A stretch of DNA of 43,615 nt from Candidatus Bipolaricaulia bacterium (GCA_046758705.1 JBHIAT010000009.1:1-43615); one strand, 5' to 3'; positions 1 to 8,612 are shown, counted from the stretch's first letter. Translations and numbers: made by a program. The notes: a model not told the origin generated them from the sequence alone.

Positions 1-399
1 GGTGATCGCCGCCCGCTCGTCGTCCGTGAGCGCAGTGCTGCTCGGCTCGGTGACCATGTAGATGTCGACGCCTGCCAGGTCGGCGGCGGTGACCGGTGGA
101 CTGGAGAGTTCGATGATAGTGGCCCTCGAATCAACTATGAGCGTCGTCTTAAGTTTGGTGAAGAAGCCTATCATATTCGACCCCGGCCAGCCGTGGACGC
201 CGTCGAACAGGATCGTCTTGGTGGAGAGGTCCGGAGGCGCTTTGGGAAGGATAGTCGGCCGGGAAGCGGAACGGATGGGACCGCTCCTCTCCCGCGAGAC
301 ATCCCCAGCGCCGGGGGCACCGATCTCCTGGATGAGCAGGAACAGACCCATTGAGATCAGGACGGTCAGGACAACCATCGCCCGTCGTCGGAACCGCAT
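1..399 (-). CDS. Secreted/membrane-anchored protein with DUF4350/GldG-like (glutamine-amidotransferase-like fold) domain; runs off the left edge
   Basis: Read manually: ATG at 399 preceded by AGGAGG; MRFRRRAMVVLTVLISMGLFLL signal/TM, then ILFDGVHG...LAGVDIYMVTEP...LTDDERAAI, typical of DUF4350-like domains. Confidence 0.55.
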   Translation of the reverse strand, partial: MRFRRRAMVVLTVLISMGLFLLIQEIGAPGAGDVSRERSGPIRSASRPTILPKAPPDLSTKTILFDGVHGWPGSNMIGFFTKLKTTLIVDSRATIIELSSPPVTAADLAGVDIYMVTEPSSTALTDDERAAIT

Positions 400-452
400 A
401 CGATCCTCCTTCCCTCCCTCACCTCACGTACCAGAGCACCTTCCCAAAGAGC

Positions 453-1391
453 TTAAAACCGCAGACCGAGCGACAGCCGTTGGGCGTCGGGGAGCTGTGG
501 GTGGGCGAGATAGGCGTAGTCCAGCTGGAACATCCTGAATCGAACGCCACCGCCGGCGGTCACCGAGATCCCGGCCGCAGCGTTTCCGTAAATGCCGAGC
601 CGCACAGCGAACATCTGAACCCGGAACTCACCGCCGAGATGGATCGTCCCGTCGCTCCCGTCCTGCTCGTAGTCAACGGCGAAGACCACATCGACGGTCG
701 CCGGTTCGAACGAGGCGCCGACCCGCCATCTCGGGATCAACGGCTCGCTGCGGGAGCCGTAATTGATCGCCCCGAAGGCATCGATGGTCACCCCCAGCCG
801 CAACCGCCCCAATTGAAACTGCCCCGGGTCGACTAACCCCCCCAGACTGATCAGCAACCCCGAGCCACTGGACCCCGGCAGGTTGTTCTGATAGTACCGC
901 AGTTGGCCACCGACGGAGATGCGGACGAAGGGGAGCCTCAACGGCACAGGGATGCCGAGCGCGCCGACTCCGCCGAAGCTGGTGTAGTCGATGTTCCCGG
1001 TCTTCGTGCCGGTGCCATCCCGCTGTGGGATCCCCGTGGAGCTGAGTGTCAACACCGCGACGCCGAACCGCTTCTGGGCGTAGCCGAGGGCACCGTAGTC
1101 AATCGCTCCGAATTGGTTGCTGTAGAGAGAAGCGAGGCCTCGCTCCTCCAGGAACGCCAGACCAGCAGGGTTGTAGAGGAGCGTGGTTTCGTCATCCGCC
1201 AGGCCGACGAACGCCCCGCCCATCGCCAGCGACCGGGCTCCCAGACCGATCTCGAAGATCGGGGCGACATTGGAGAACTGTTGGGCACCCCCCGGGATGA
1301 CCGCCAGCACGATTATCCCCGCCAGTGCTGCTAAGCCAACTACTAATGAGATCGGGTGTCTGGGGTCAGCTCTCAGGCGTTTATCGATCAT
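453..1391 (-). CDS. PorV/PorQ (UPF0164)-family outer-membrane beta-barrel protein
   Basis: Signal peptide; GARSLAMGGAFVGLADD..YNPAGL family motif; amphipathic strands; C-terminal LSLGLRF beta-signal. Confidence 0.8.
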   Translation of the reverse strand: MIDKRLRADPRHPISLVVGLAALAGIIVLAVIPGGAQQFSNVAPIFEIGLGARSLAMGGAFVGLADDETTLLYNPAGLAFLEERGLASLYSNQFGAIDYGALGYAQKRFGVAVLTLSSTGIPQRDGTGTKTGNIDYTSFGGVGALGIPVPLRLPFVRISVGGQLRYYQNNLPGSSGSGLLISLGGLVDPGQFQLGRLRLGVTIDAFGAINYGSRSEPLIPRWRVGASFEPATVDVVFAVDYEQDGSDGTIHLGGEFRVQMFAVRLGIYGNAAAGISVTAGGGVRFRMFQLDYAYLAHPQLPDAQRLSLGLRF

Positions 1392-1477
1392 GGACCAATT
1401 CCTAATTCAATTATACACAAGTTTTGCATGAACCAGAATCCACGATCTGTTCGTGCTTTTCACTGATCCAGACCGGA

Positions 1478-1936
1478 TCACACGGTGGGGACGGCACGTA
1501 GCGGCAGGGCTCTATCCAGGCTGATCCGGGCAAACTCCTTGCTGAGCAGAACCTCTCCCAGGGATTTGCTCCCGTTCCTGACCATTCGCAGTCTCAACCC
1601 CCGGCTCAGCTCCTCCTCCAGGATGACACCGGTGCGCAGGATGATCCCCCGCAGCCCCCGGTACTCCCCTACGCCTGCGACTGTCGGTTGCCTCAGGGGG
1701 TCAGGAAGCAGCTTCGCAAAACCCGCCTGCATCCTCCTGAACTCTTCCCGGATCTCAACGAGCTCATTCCGGCATCGCTTACAGGTGGCCAGGTGAGCTG
1801 AGATCTTACTGGATGCGGGCGGTTCCAGCACATCGGCGGCCAGCTCGAGCAGTAAGGTGAACGACGGATGGACGTCATGCGTGATCGGTTCCAGCTCTCC
1901 TTGGAACACCTGTTTGAACAGATTCATATCTCGCAT
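1478..1936 (-). CDS. Zinc-finger (zf-HC2/ZAS) anti-sigma-like protein
   Basis: HLATCKRC = HxxxCxxC; ATG at 1936 preceded by GAGGGAG (alternative start 1927); directly downstream of the ECF-like gene. Confidence 0.6.
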   Translation of the reverse strand: MRDMNLFKQVFQGELEPITHDVHPSFTLLLELAADVLEPPASSKISAHLATCKRCRNELVEIREEFRRMQAGFAKLLPDPLRQPTVAGVGEYRGLRGIILRTGVILEEELSRGLRLRMVRNGSKSLGEVLLSKEFARISLDRALPLRAVPTV

Positions 1937-1946
1937 TCTCCCTCGA

Positions 1947-3179
1947 TTAAAGCCCCGCCAGAACGCTTTCCAATTGCTTTTTGACCCGGAACGGATTGCA
2001 CTCCTTGCCAAAGATCTGGAACAGGTCGCCCCAGGAGAACCGTCTGCCCCGGATCCGTTCCAGAGTCAGCCCGTCGAGGTTGAGCGCTTCGATCGGCTCT
2101 CCACGGGGGACCGCTGCGCTCGTCCCGTAGTTGCTCAGATAGTAGACCAGGAAGATCCTCAGATCCTCCCGGATCGCCTCCGTCCCGTCCTGTTTCATCA
2201 ACACACAGGCCAAGCACATCTTCGTGTCCCGGATCTGGGCCTCGCTCTGGAGCTGGGACAGGAGCCGACGCAAGTATAGGGTCTCTTCCAGACTGGGAAT
2301 CATGCAGCGGATCAGTTGATCCCAAAATTCCAGGCGGATCTCCCGAACCCAATCCTCATCCGGCTCGCTTCCTATCATATCCAGCCACTTCTCGCCGGAA
2401 AGCCCTTCGTTGTCTTCCTGGGATCTTTCGATTAACCTGCCGTAACTTCCTTTCGGGACGGACCCGCGGTAGTCCAGGATTGTCTTACCGAGGCCCCGTT
2501 CCCGGTAGTGCTCGTTGTAGAACGTGTCAAGCAGCAGCTTCAGGGCGGGATCGCTGCGTTCCAACCGATCCCGGATCGCCGGATACCGGGCCGGGATGAA
2601 CTGCTCGAAGAAGTAATCGGTGATCGAGTCGATATGACGTTCCACATCATCCCGGAGTGCCTGTTCGCCGGCGGGCAGGGAGAGCAGTCGGTCACGAACC
2701 GTCTTCCAGAATCGGGCTTTGGCCTCCCCGATATATCGTTTGACCGTGGTCTGCTTAACGCTGTTAACGATCCCGTCCAGGATCTCCCGCTCCGATCTCC
2801 TCCCCTTACTGATGATATCCAGGAGCTTGTTGCGGACGGTTCCCTTAAGGTATTTGATGAAACCCGATCCGCCTTCATCCCCTCGGTATCGTCTCAGGTA
2901 GTTGCCCACCAAGTTTCCGTTGAAGATCTCATCGTATGTCCTGACGTAAGCCTCTGAGATTAGGTCGATGATGGAACCCTCCTTCACGCGCCGACCGCGG
3001 AGACGGCCTTCGACATGGTTGCGGAGTCTGACCAGATCGGCACCGCTCTCGAGGAAACGGTATCTCGCCAGCAGATAAATAATATAGTTACCGATCTCTC
3101 GATCGTATCGCTCGACAAATTCTCGACGGCGTTCCTCAGTCCATCCATGGTTCTCTATATCCTCCAGGAACGATTCCAT
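1947..3179 (-). CDS. Hypothetical 410-aa protein with ECF sigma-factor-like region 2 and a possible C-terminal region-4 HTH
   Basis: REFVERY...DLISEAY...FIKYLKGTVRNKLLDIISK resembles ECF sigma2; FSWGDLFQIFG..RVKKQL resembles a degenerate sigma4; GAGG RBS upstream. Confidence 0.5.
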   Translation of the reverse strand: MESFLEDIENHGWTEERRREFVERYDREIGNYIIYLLARYRFLESGADLVRLRNHVEGRLRGRRVKEGSIIDLISEAYVRTYDEIFNGNLVGNYLRRYRGDEGGSGFIKYLKGTVRNKLLDIISKGRRSEREILDGIVNSVKQTTVKRYIGEAKARFWKTVRDRLLSLPAGEQALRDDVERHIDSITDYFFEQFIPARYPAIRDRLERSDPALKLLLDTFYNEHYRERGLGKTILDYRGSVPKGSYGRLIERSQEDNEGLSGEKWLDMIGSEPDEDWVREIRLEFWDQLIRCMIPSLEETLYLRRLLSQLQSEAQIRDTKMCLACVLMKQDGTEAIREDLRIFLVYYLSNYGTSAAVPRGEPIEALNLDGLTLERIRGRRFSWGDLFQIFGKECNPFRVKKQLESVLAGL

Positions 3180-3249
3180 CGTCCACTACCTCTTAGAGTC
3201 GTTCAAAAGTCCGCGTTTCTGACAGGGAATCGGCAACACATATCGCACG

Positions 3250-4836
3250 CTAGTACTCGGACCGTTCGTCTTGAATGACCGTCGCCAGGGTCGAGACGAC
3301 TTCCGAGTCGAACTGTTTCCCGGCGTTGGCTTCCAGCTCCTCAACGGCTCGCTGAGCACCGATCGCCTCGCGCCGCTCCACGAAGCGGTCGGCGACAGCG
3401 ATGATCCGACTGAAGCTTGGAATCTCCTCCCCGGCCAGCCGTTCCGGACCGCTCCCGTCGTAATGTTCATCCTGATACCGGACCGCCGGGATCACCAGGT
3501 CGTAGCGCAACCCCTCGATCCGTTCCAGGATCTTTGCTCCGAATCGGGCATGCACCTCGGTGCGCTCTGTCTTCCGGGCCGGCGTTTCGTCCCCGAGCAG
3601 AGCCTGCTCCCGGATCCCGATCTTCCCGATATCGTGGAGGAGTGCGGTGAACCTCAGCACCTGGAGCGCTTCCCCATCGAGTCCCAGCCGCTCTCCGATC
3701 CGGACGGCGTACCGGGCGACCTGGAGAGAGTGGGTCTCCGGGTGACCGTTCCGCCGATCGAGCGCCGCCACGAACGCCTCGATGAAGTTAATGGCGAATG
3801 CCTCCAGATTGGTATAGAGTCTGGATCCCTCGATGGCGAGAGCCGCTTGGTTGGCGAACGCCTTGAGCAACTCCAAGTCGCGCTCCTGGAACGTGGCCCG
3901 CGGGTGGCCGACCCGGTTGACCGCTTCGACCACCCCGATCGTTTCGCCACGAATCTCCAACGGAGCACAGAGGATCGACCTCGTCTTGAAGCCGGTCAAA
4001 TGGTCCGCTTCCTCGTAATGACGGTCGTCGACGGAGACGTCGGGGACGAGCAACGGCTGGTCATAAGTGGCCACCCAGCCAGCGATGCTGCCCTCGATGG
4101 GGACGCGGATCTCCTTGACCTGCTCCCCCCGCTCACCGGTCGCCACCTTGAAGTAGAGCTCGTCACCGTCCGCATCGATCAGCAGGATCGAGCCCGCCTC
4201 CGCCCGCATAACGGTGGTGATGTTGGCGACAATCCGTTCCAAAACGACATCCAGGGCCTGAGTTGAGTTGATCTCCTCGGTCACCTCGATCAGCTTCTGG
4301 AGTTCTTCGATCTTGGCCTCCCGTTCCTCAGCGAGCCAGGCGTTCTCCAACAGCACGGCCACCTGGCCAGCGAGGGTCGACAGGATCTCCAGGTCCCCGG
4401 CGGTGAACCGCCTCCCACCGCGCTTGTTCAATAGCTCAATCGCTCCGACCGTCCGGGCTTTGGATCGGATCGGGACGCACAGCAGGGTCTCCGTGTAGTA
4501 GTCCAGTTGTTTGTCGATCTCCTCGTAGAACCGTGGATCGTCCCTGGGATTTGAGACCAACAGCGGCTCTTCATGTTGGACGACCCAACCGGCGATCCCC
4601 ACATCATCGGGCATCCGCCGGCCCACCAACTCCTCTTCCTTCTCCCCAACGACCACCTTGAAGATGAGTTCATCCCCATCCAGGACGAGGATGGAGCCAG
4701 CATCCGCCTGAAGCAACTCGTCAATCAACCACATGGCCTCCTGGAGGATCTGATCTGACGATAGTGGTCTCTCCATCAGGGTGCTGATCTTCTCGAAGAT
4801 GACGAGCTTCACCGCATCGAGATCGGAATCGGACAT
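3250..4836 (-). CDS. GAF-GAF-HD-GYP signalling protein (degenerate HD-GYP motifs)
   Basis: Two GAF repeats (GIAGWV..LLCVPI..GAIELLNK; SIAGWV..ILCAPL..GVVEAVNR); HSLQVA, LLHDIGKIG, IPSFSRIIAVAD; AGGAG RBS. Confidence 0.9.
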   Translation of the reverse strand: MSDSDLDAVKLVIFEKISTLMERPLSSDQILQEAMWLIDELLQADAGSILVLDGDELIFKVVVGEKEEELVGRRMPDDVGIAGWVVQHEEPLLVSNPRDDPRFYEEIDKQLDYYTETLLCVPIRSKARTVGAIELLNKRGGRRFTAGDLEILSTLAGQVAVLLENAWLAEEREAKIEELQKLIEVTEEINSTQALDVVLERIVANITTVMRAEAGSILLIDADGDELYFKVATGERGEQVKEIRVPIEGSIAGWVATYDQPLLVPDVSVDDRHYEEADHLTGFKTRSILCAPLEIRGETIGVVEAVNRVGHPRATFQERDLELLKAFANQAALAIEGSRLYTNLEAFAINFIEAFVAALDRRNGHPETHSLQVARYAVRIGERLGLDGEALQVLRFTALLHDIGKIGIREQALLGDETPARKTERTEVHARFGAKILERIEGLRYDLVIPAVRYQDEHYDGSGPERLAGEEIPSFSRIIAVADRFVERREAIGAQRAVEELEANAGKQFDSEVVSTLATVIQDERSEY

Positions 4837-4924
4837 GGCCCTATGACTCCTCCTATGGACCTGACATCAGTGCCCGTATCGACGGCCCATTATACCGCAC
4901 CGGAAGAGTGATGTCCAAGATGTA

Positions 4925-5025
4925 AGCATTCAGCCGTCAGCTTTCAGCTATCAGCTTAAGGCCAAAAACTGATTAGCATCTTCCTGATTCCTGACGGCTG
5001 ACGGCTGATCGCTGAGTGCTGACTC
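4925..5025. repeat. Inverted array of 7-bp tandem repeats (AGCNNTC units ... CTGANNG units)
   Basis: AGCATTC AGCCGTC AGCTTTC AGCTATC AGC at 4925-4955 and complementary CTGACGG CTGACGG CTGATCG CTGAGTG CTGACTC at 4991-5025. Confidence 0.8.
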
Positions 5026-5176
5026 CGGAGGCGACCGATGTCAGAGACGGGGCATTTGCAGAGATCTTTACGGGTAGAATGAGAGGGGTAGGATCGCGAT
5101 AGTGTGGATCGCAGAGCATGCTGAAGGACATGGACATGAGGGAGAGGCGTTAACGCTAGCCCCAAGGAGCGCACTG

Positions 5177-6052
5177 ATGGTTAGTCACACAAACCATAAC
5201 AGGTCGTCTCGCAAGCAGGATCTCGTTCAGCTCTACTTCAAGGAGATCGGGCGGGTCCCCCTGCTCTCCCGAGAAGAGGAGGTGGAGCTGGCCAAACGGA
5301 TCGAGGCGGGCGACGAGCTGGCCAAGCAGCGATTCATCCTGGCCAACCTGAGGTTGGTGATCAGCATCGCCAAGGGTTACAACGGTCAGGGGCTGTCATT
5401 CTTGGATCTCATCCAGGAGGGCAACATCGGTTTGATGAAGGCCGTCGAACGGTTCGACTACCGCAGGGGCTACCGATTCAGAACGTATGCAACCCGCTGG
5501 ATTCAGCATGCCGTGACCCGAGCGATCACCAAGCAGGCGAGCACGATCCGGATCCCGGTTCGGACGATCAACACGCTGAGAAAGGTGCACCGGGCCGAGG
5601 AGCAATACATCAAGGAGTACGGTCGGCCCCCCAGCCCCGAAGAGCTGTCCGAGCGGTTGGGGATCCTGCTCGAAGAGATCGAGAGGGCCAAGGAGATCCC
5701 CCGGTATACCGTCTCCTTAGAGAGTTCGGTCCACGGCCAGGACGATGAGGGGGACATGTTCATCAAGCTCATCGAGGACGAAAAGACGCCGTCCCCGATG
5801 AAGGAGGCGCTCAAGGAGCTGCTCCGTGAGGAGCTCAACAACGCCCTCGTCGACGTGCTAAGCGATCGGGAACGGGAGGTCCTACAGCTGCGCTATGGGC
5901 TCAAGGACGACCATTCCCGGACCTTGAAGCAGATCGGGGCCGTCCTGAACATCAGCCGAGAGCGGGTGCGTCAGATTGAGGCAGGCGCGCTCAAAAAACT
6001 GAAGCAGCCTACACTGAAGCAGCGACTCAAACGGTTCAAAGAGTTGATGTAA
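5177..6052 (+). CDS. RNA polymerase sigma-70 factor, RpoD/SigA-like, lacking region 1.1 (alternative sigma)
   Basis: YFKEIGRVPLLSREEE, ANLRLVISIAK, DLIQEGNIGLMKAVERFD, RTLKQIG..SRERVRQIE; ATG 5177 with AAGGAG RBS. Confidence 0.93.
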   Translation: MVSHTNHNRSSRKQDLVQLYFKEIGRVPLLSREEEVELAKRIEAGDELAKQRFILANLRLVISIAKGYNGQGLSFLDLIQEGNIGLMKAVERFDYRRGYRFRTYATRWIQHAVTRAITKQASTIRIPVRTINTLRKVHRAEEQYIKEYGRPPSPEELSERLGILLEEIERAKEIPRYTVSLESSVHGQDDEGDMFIKLIEDEKTPSPMKEALKELLREELNNALVDVLSDREREVLQLRYGLKDDHSRTLKQIGAVLNISRERVRQIEAGALKKLKQPTLKQRLKRFKELM

Positions 6053-6058
6053 GCCTTA

Positions 6059-6934
6059 TCAGAAGCAGCATCCAGGTCCAGCAGAAAAAAAGAACGGTAG
6101 ACCCACTATCGCGTAGATTGCCCTTCGCTGGCGCTTCGTCGCCCGATAGGCCTCAAGGAACGCTGACCCGTAGACAAACGGGGTCTCTGCGATCTGACGC
6201 ATCCGTGCCGCTGGAACTCTGACGGGGGTGAGCAACGCGTGAGCGACGGCAAGCGGCCCGAAAAACATGCCTCCAGGGATATACGATAGGGACGCGTCTC
6301 TTGCACCGGCGACTCGTCCGTCCCGGCGCCCCTGAAACGCGTCGAGCGGCGGGATCGGGGGCGGTGGTGGTGGCTCGAGCCTCTCCGGTGGCAGTGGCGG
6401 CTCGAGCCTCTCCGGCTCCACCCGCTCCCCGGTGAGCTTAGCCAGCACGCGCGCCGACAGCTCGTCAGTCAGCTCGAAGATCTGAGCGCCACGGATCCCC
6501 CCTTGGACCTGCTCGCCGGTGATCACCTCGCCGGTCTCCACGTCGATCAGCCGGGCGTTGATTCGAATCTGGTCACCGATGACCGAGAAGCTGCCGATGA
6601 TGATCGCGGTCGCCCCGACGGCCCGACCGATCTCCGAGGCAGTCCGGGTGTCCACAATACCGCCCAGGCCGAGCTGGATCTCCTCGATCGCCACCTGGAG
6701 CCGGGCGCGCTCGACGATCCGCACCCGCTCCTCCCGGGCAAAGAACGTGAGCATCGACTCGGGGATTGTGCGCTCCAGCTGGTCGAACTCGGCGCGGCCG
6801 CTGGTGTTCTCGAAGTCGACGATCGCGATGACGAGCTCCTGCTGTTGGGCAACGGCCGGGTGGAACGCTGCGACCGATACCAGCACGACGGTGAACCATC
6901 CCACCCCGATCCCGGCAGCCATGCGCAAACTCAT
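6059..6934 (-). CDS. CsgG/HfaB (FlgO/TolB-N-like) domain exported protein, paralog 1, Pro-rich linker and small hydrophobic C-terminal domain
   Basis: Signal peptide (AVA-QQQ); IAIVDFEN...RIVERARL...IGRAVGA..IIIGSF...RINARLIDVETGEV; PERLEPP repeat; GGAG RBS. Confidence 0.8.
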   Translation of the reverse strand: MSLRMAAGIGVGWFTVVLVSVAAFHPAVAQQQELVIAIVDFENTSGRAEFDQLERTIPESMLTFFAREERVRIVERARLQVAIEEIQLGLGGIVDTRTASEIGRAVGATAIIIGSFSVIGDQIRINARLIDVETGEVITGEQVQGGIRGAQIFELTDELSARVLAKLTGERVEPERLEPPLPPERLEPPPPPPIPPLDAFQGRRDGRVAGARDASLSYIPGGMFFGPLAVAHALLTPVRVPAARMRQIAETPFVYGSAFLEAYRATKRQRRAIYAIVGLPFFFSAGPGCCF

Positions 6935-6960
6935 CAAATCTCCTTTTCAAATGGCGTCGT

Positions 6961-7012
6961 GAACCAACCTAAACTGAAGCGGTGACTCAAACGGTTCAAA
7001 GGGTTGATGCAA
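6961..7012 (+). pseudogene. Duplicated relic of the sigma-factor 3' end
   Basis: AACCAACCTAAACTGAAGCGGTGACTCAAACGGTTCAAAGGGTTGATGCAA vs AAGCAGCCTACACTGAAGCAGCGACTCAAACGGTTCAAAGAGTTGATGTAA at 6002-6052. Confidence 0.85.
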
Positions 7013-7027
7013 CCCCGCTATGACCGA

Positions 7028-8032
7028 TCAAAACGAGAACAGCACCCCACCCTCGCCCTCCAAAAAGGTTCCTAGACCGATAATGCTCCAAAGCTTGGCT
7101 TGAGCGAAGACGGAGATCCTTCCTAAATTCAACTGAGCACCGCCTACCCCGTGGAATGAGTTGAAACTGAACCCGAAGACATCCACAAAGACCCCCACTC
7201 CACCACCCAGATACTGTTGGAATATTCGTGGCCGCCCCAGGTAGAGGAAGAGCGTTCCGTCAAGCGCAATCTCCCCGGCTGGATCAGTTGCAACCCTGCC
7301 CCGCAGGCCTATGGGATGCACCCTAATCTCACCTAGGGCTCCAGAAAAGGGCACAGGGACCAACAAGGCGGGGGAGGAAACGCGGGAGATCAACACCCCC
7401 ACTGCAAGACGGCCTGGTCGCCTCGCAGGTGGTCTGGGAGGTCTCGGGGTTGGAGTTGGGGTCGGGATCGGGGTCGGTGGCGGGGTCGAGATCGGCGGTG
7501 GCTCGCGCCGCTCTGGCTCGGCCCGCTCCCCGGTGAGCTTGGCCAGCATGCGCGCCGACAGCTCATCGGTCAGCTCAAAGATCTGGGCGCCGCGGACCCC
7601 CCCCTGGACCACTTCGCCGGTGATCACCTCGCCGGTCTCCACGTCGATCAGCCGGGCGTTGATCCGGATCTGGTCACCGATAATCGAGAAGCTGCCAATA
7701 ATGATCGCGGTCGCCCCGACGGCCCGACCGATCTCCGACGCGGTCCGGGTGTCCACAATACCGCCCAGGCCGAGCCGCATCTCCTCGATCGCTGCCTCAA
7801 GTCGGGCGCGCTCGACCACCCGCACGCGCTCCGCCTGGGCGAAGCGCGTGAGCATCGACTCGGGGATCGTGCGCTCCAGCTGGTCGAACTCGGCGCGGCC
7901 GCTGGTGTTCTCGAAGTCGACGATCGCGATGACGAGCTCCTGCTGTTGGGCAACGGCCGGATGGAACGCTGCGACCAATACCAGCAAGAAGGTGAACCAC
8001 CCCCCGATACCGACGGCTATGCGCGAACCCAT
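7028..8032 (-). CDS. CsgG/HfaB (FlgO-like) domain exported protein, paralog 2, PT-rich linker and putative C-terminal beta-barrel
   Basis: N-terminal domain nearly identical to 6059-6934; C-terminal alternating strands ending GGVLFSF; ATG 8032 overlaps the upstream TGA. Confidence 0.8.
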   Translation of the reverse strand: MGSRIAVGIGGWFTFLLVLVAAFHPAVAQQQELVIAIVDFENTSGRAEFDQLERTIPESMLTRFAQAERVRVVERARLEAAIEEMRLGLGGIVDTRTASEIGRAVGATAIIIGSFSIIGDQIRINARLIDVETGEVITGEVVQGGVRGAQIFELTDELSARMLAKLTGERAEPERREPPPISTPPPTPIPTPTPTPRPPRPPARRPGRLAVGVLISRVSSPALLVPVPFSGALGEIRVHPIGLRGRVATDPAGEIALDGTLFLYLGRPRIFQQYLGGGVGVFVDVFGFSFNSFHGVGGAQLNLGRISVFAQAKLWSIIGLGTFLEGEGGVLFSF

Positions 8033-8520
8033 CAAATCTCCTCTTCCTCTGCAAATGGCGCCGGTGTGATGACCGCTCTTCTCAGCTCTCGCTCGATATC
8101 CCGCTTGTTCACCCGCACCGTTACCGAGCAAACCTCATCGATCCTGTTATAATCGGTCTTGACCGGCGTCAATCCACGGATGAACGCGCTGAGCTGTGTT
8201 TCGACCTCACGGTTCTCCAGGACGAAGTTTCGCACGGTTGTGCCCCCCTCGATCTGGAAGCCGGCGATCTCCTCGGCGGTCTTGGCGTACGCCTCCACCT
8301 TGGCCACCTCACACGACTTAATCTGTCTCAACGCCGGGGAATCCCCCGGGTAGGTGGTCTCATCCCCTGGAGCAAGCCCGGTGAATTCCCAGAACCGACG
8401 GGTCTCCCTGTCTCTAGTGCGATCAACGACGGGTCTACGCGCGCATCCGGCCAACACCACACCAACCAATAGGATCGCGACCACTACAGTAATCTTCCGC
8501 TTCACCCTTTTGCTATTCAT
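8032..8520 (-). CDS. LPP20/FlgP-like lipoprotein
   Basis: ATG 8520 with GGAGG RBS; lipobox LAGC; AEEIAGFQIEGGTTVRNF...SAFIRG resembles the LPP20 motif. Confidence 0.75.
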   Translation of the reverse strand: MNSKRVKRKITVVVAILLVGVVLAGCARRPVVDRTRDRETRRFWEFTGLAPGDETTYPGDSPALRQIKSCEVAKVEAYAKTAEEIAGFQIEGGTTVRNFVLENREVETQLSAFIRGLTPVKTDYNRIDEVCSVTVRVNKRDIERELRRAVITPAPFAEEEEI

Positions 8521-8543
8521 GTTTTTGCCTCCTTCTTGGGAAC

Positions 8544-8573
8544 AGATTAGCACAAGATACGTCGATTTGTCAA
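8544..8573 (-). promoter_or_regulatory. Putative sigma70 promoter of the LPP20-CsgG operon
   Basis: TTGACA-18 nt-TAATCT on the minus strand. Confidence 0.55.
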
Positions 8574-8612
8574 TCCCGATCCGAGGGGCTCTATCCTCCT
8601 TCTCTACATGCC

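Noticed and set aside
4925-5025. CRISPR array
   Set aside because: 7-bp units without spacers and no cas genes; no CRISPR, tRNA or rRNA recognised anywhere in the window
6365-6420. 27-bp direct repeat in CsgG-like paralog 1
   Set aside because: Encodes the PERLEPP linker duplication; ordinary low-complexity expansion
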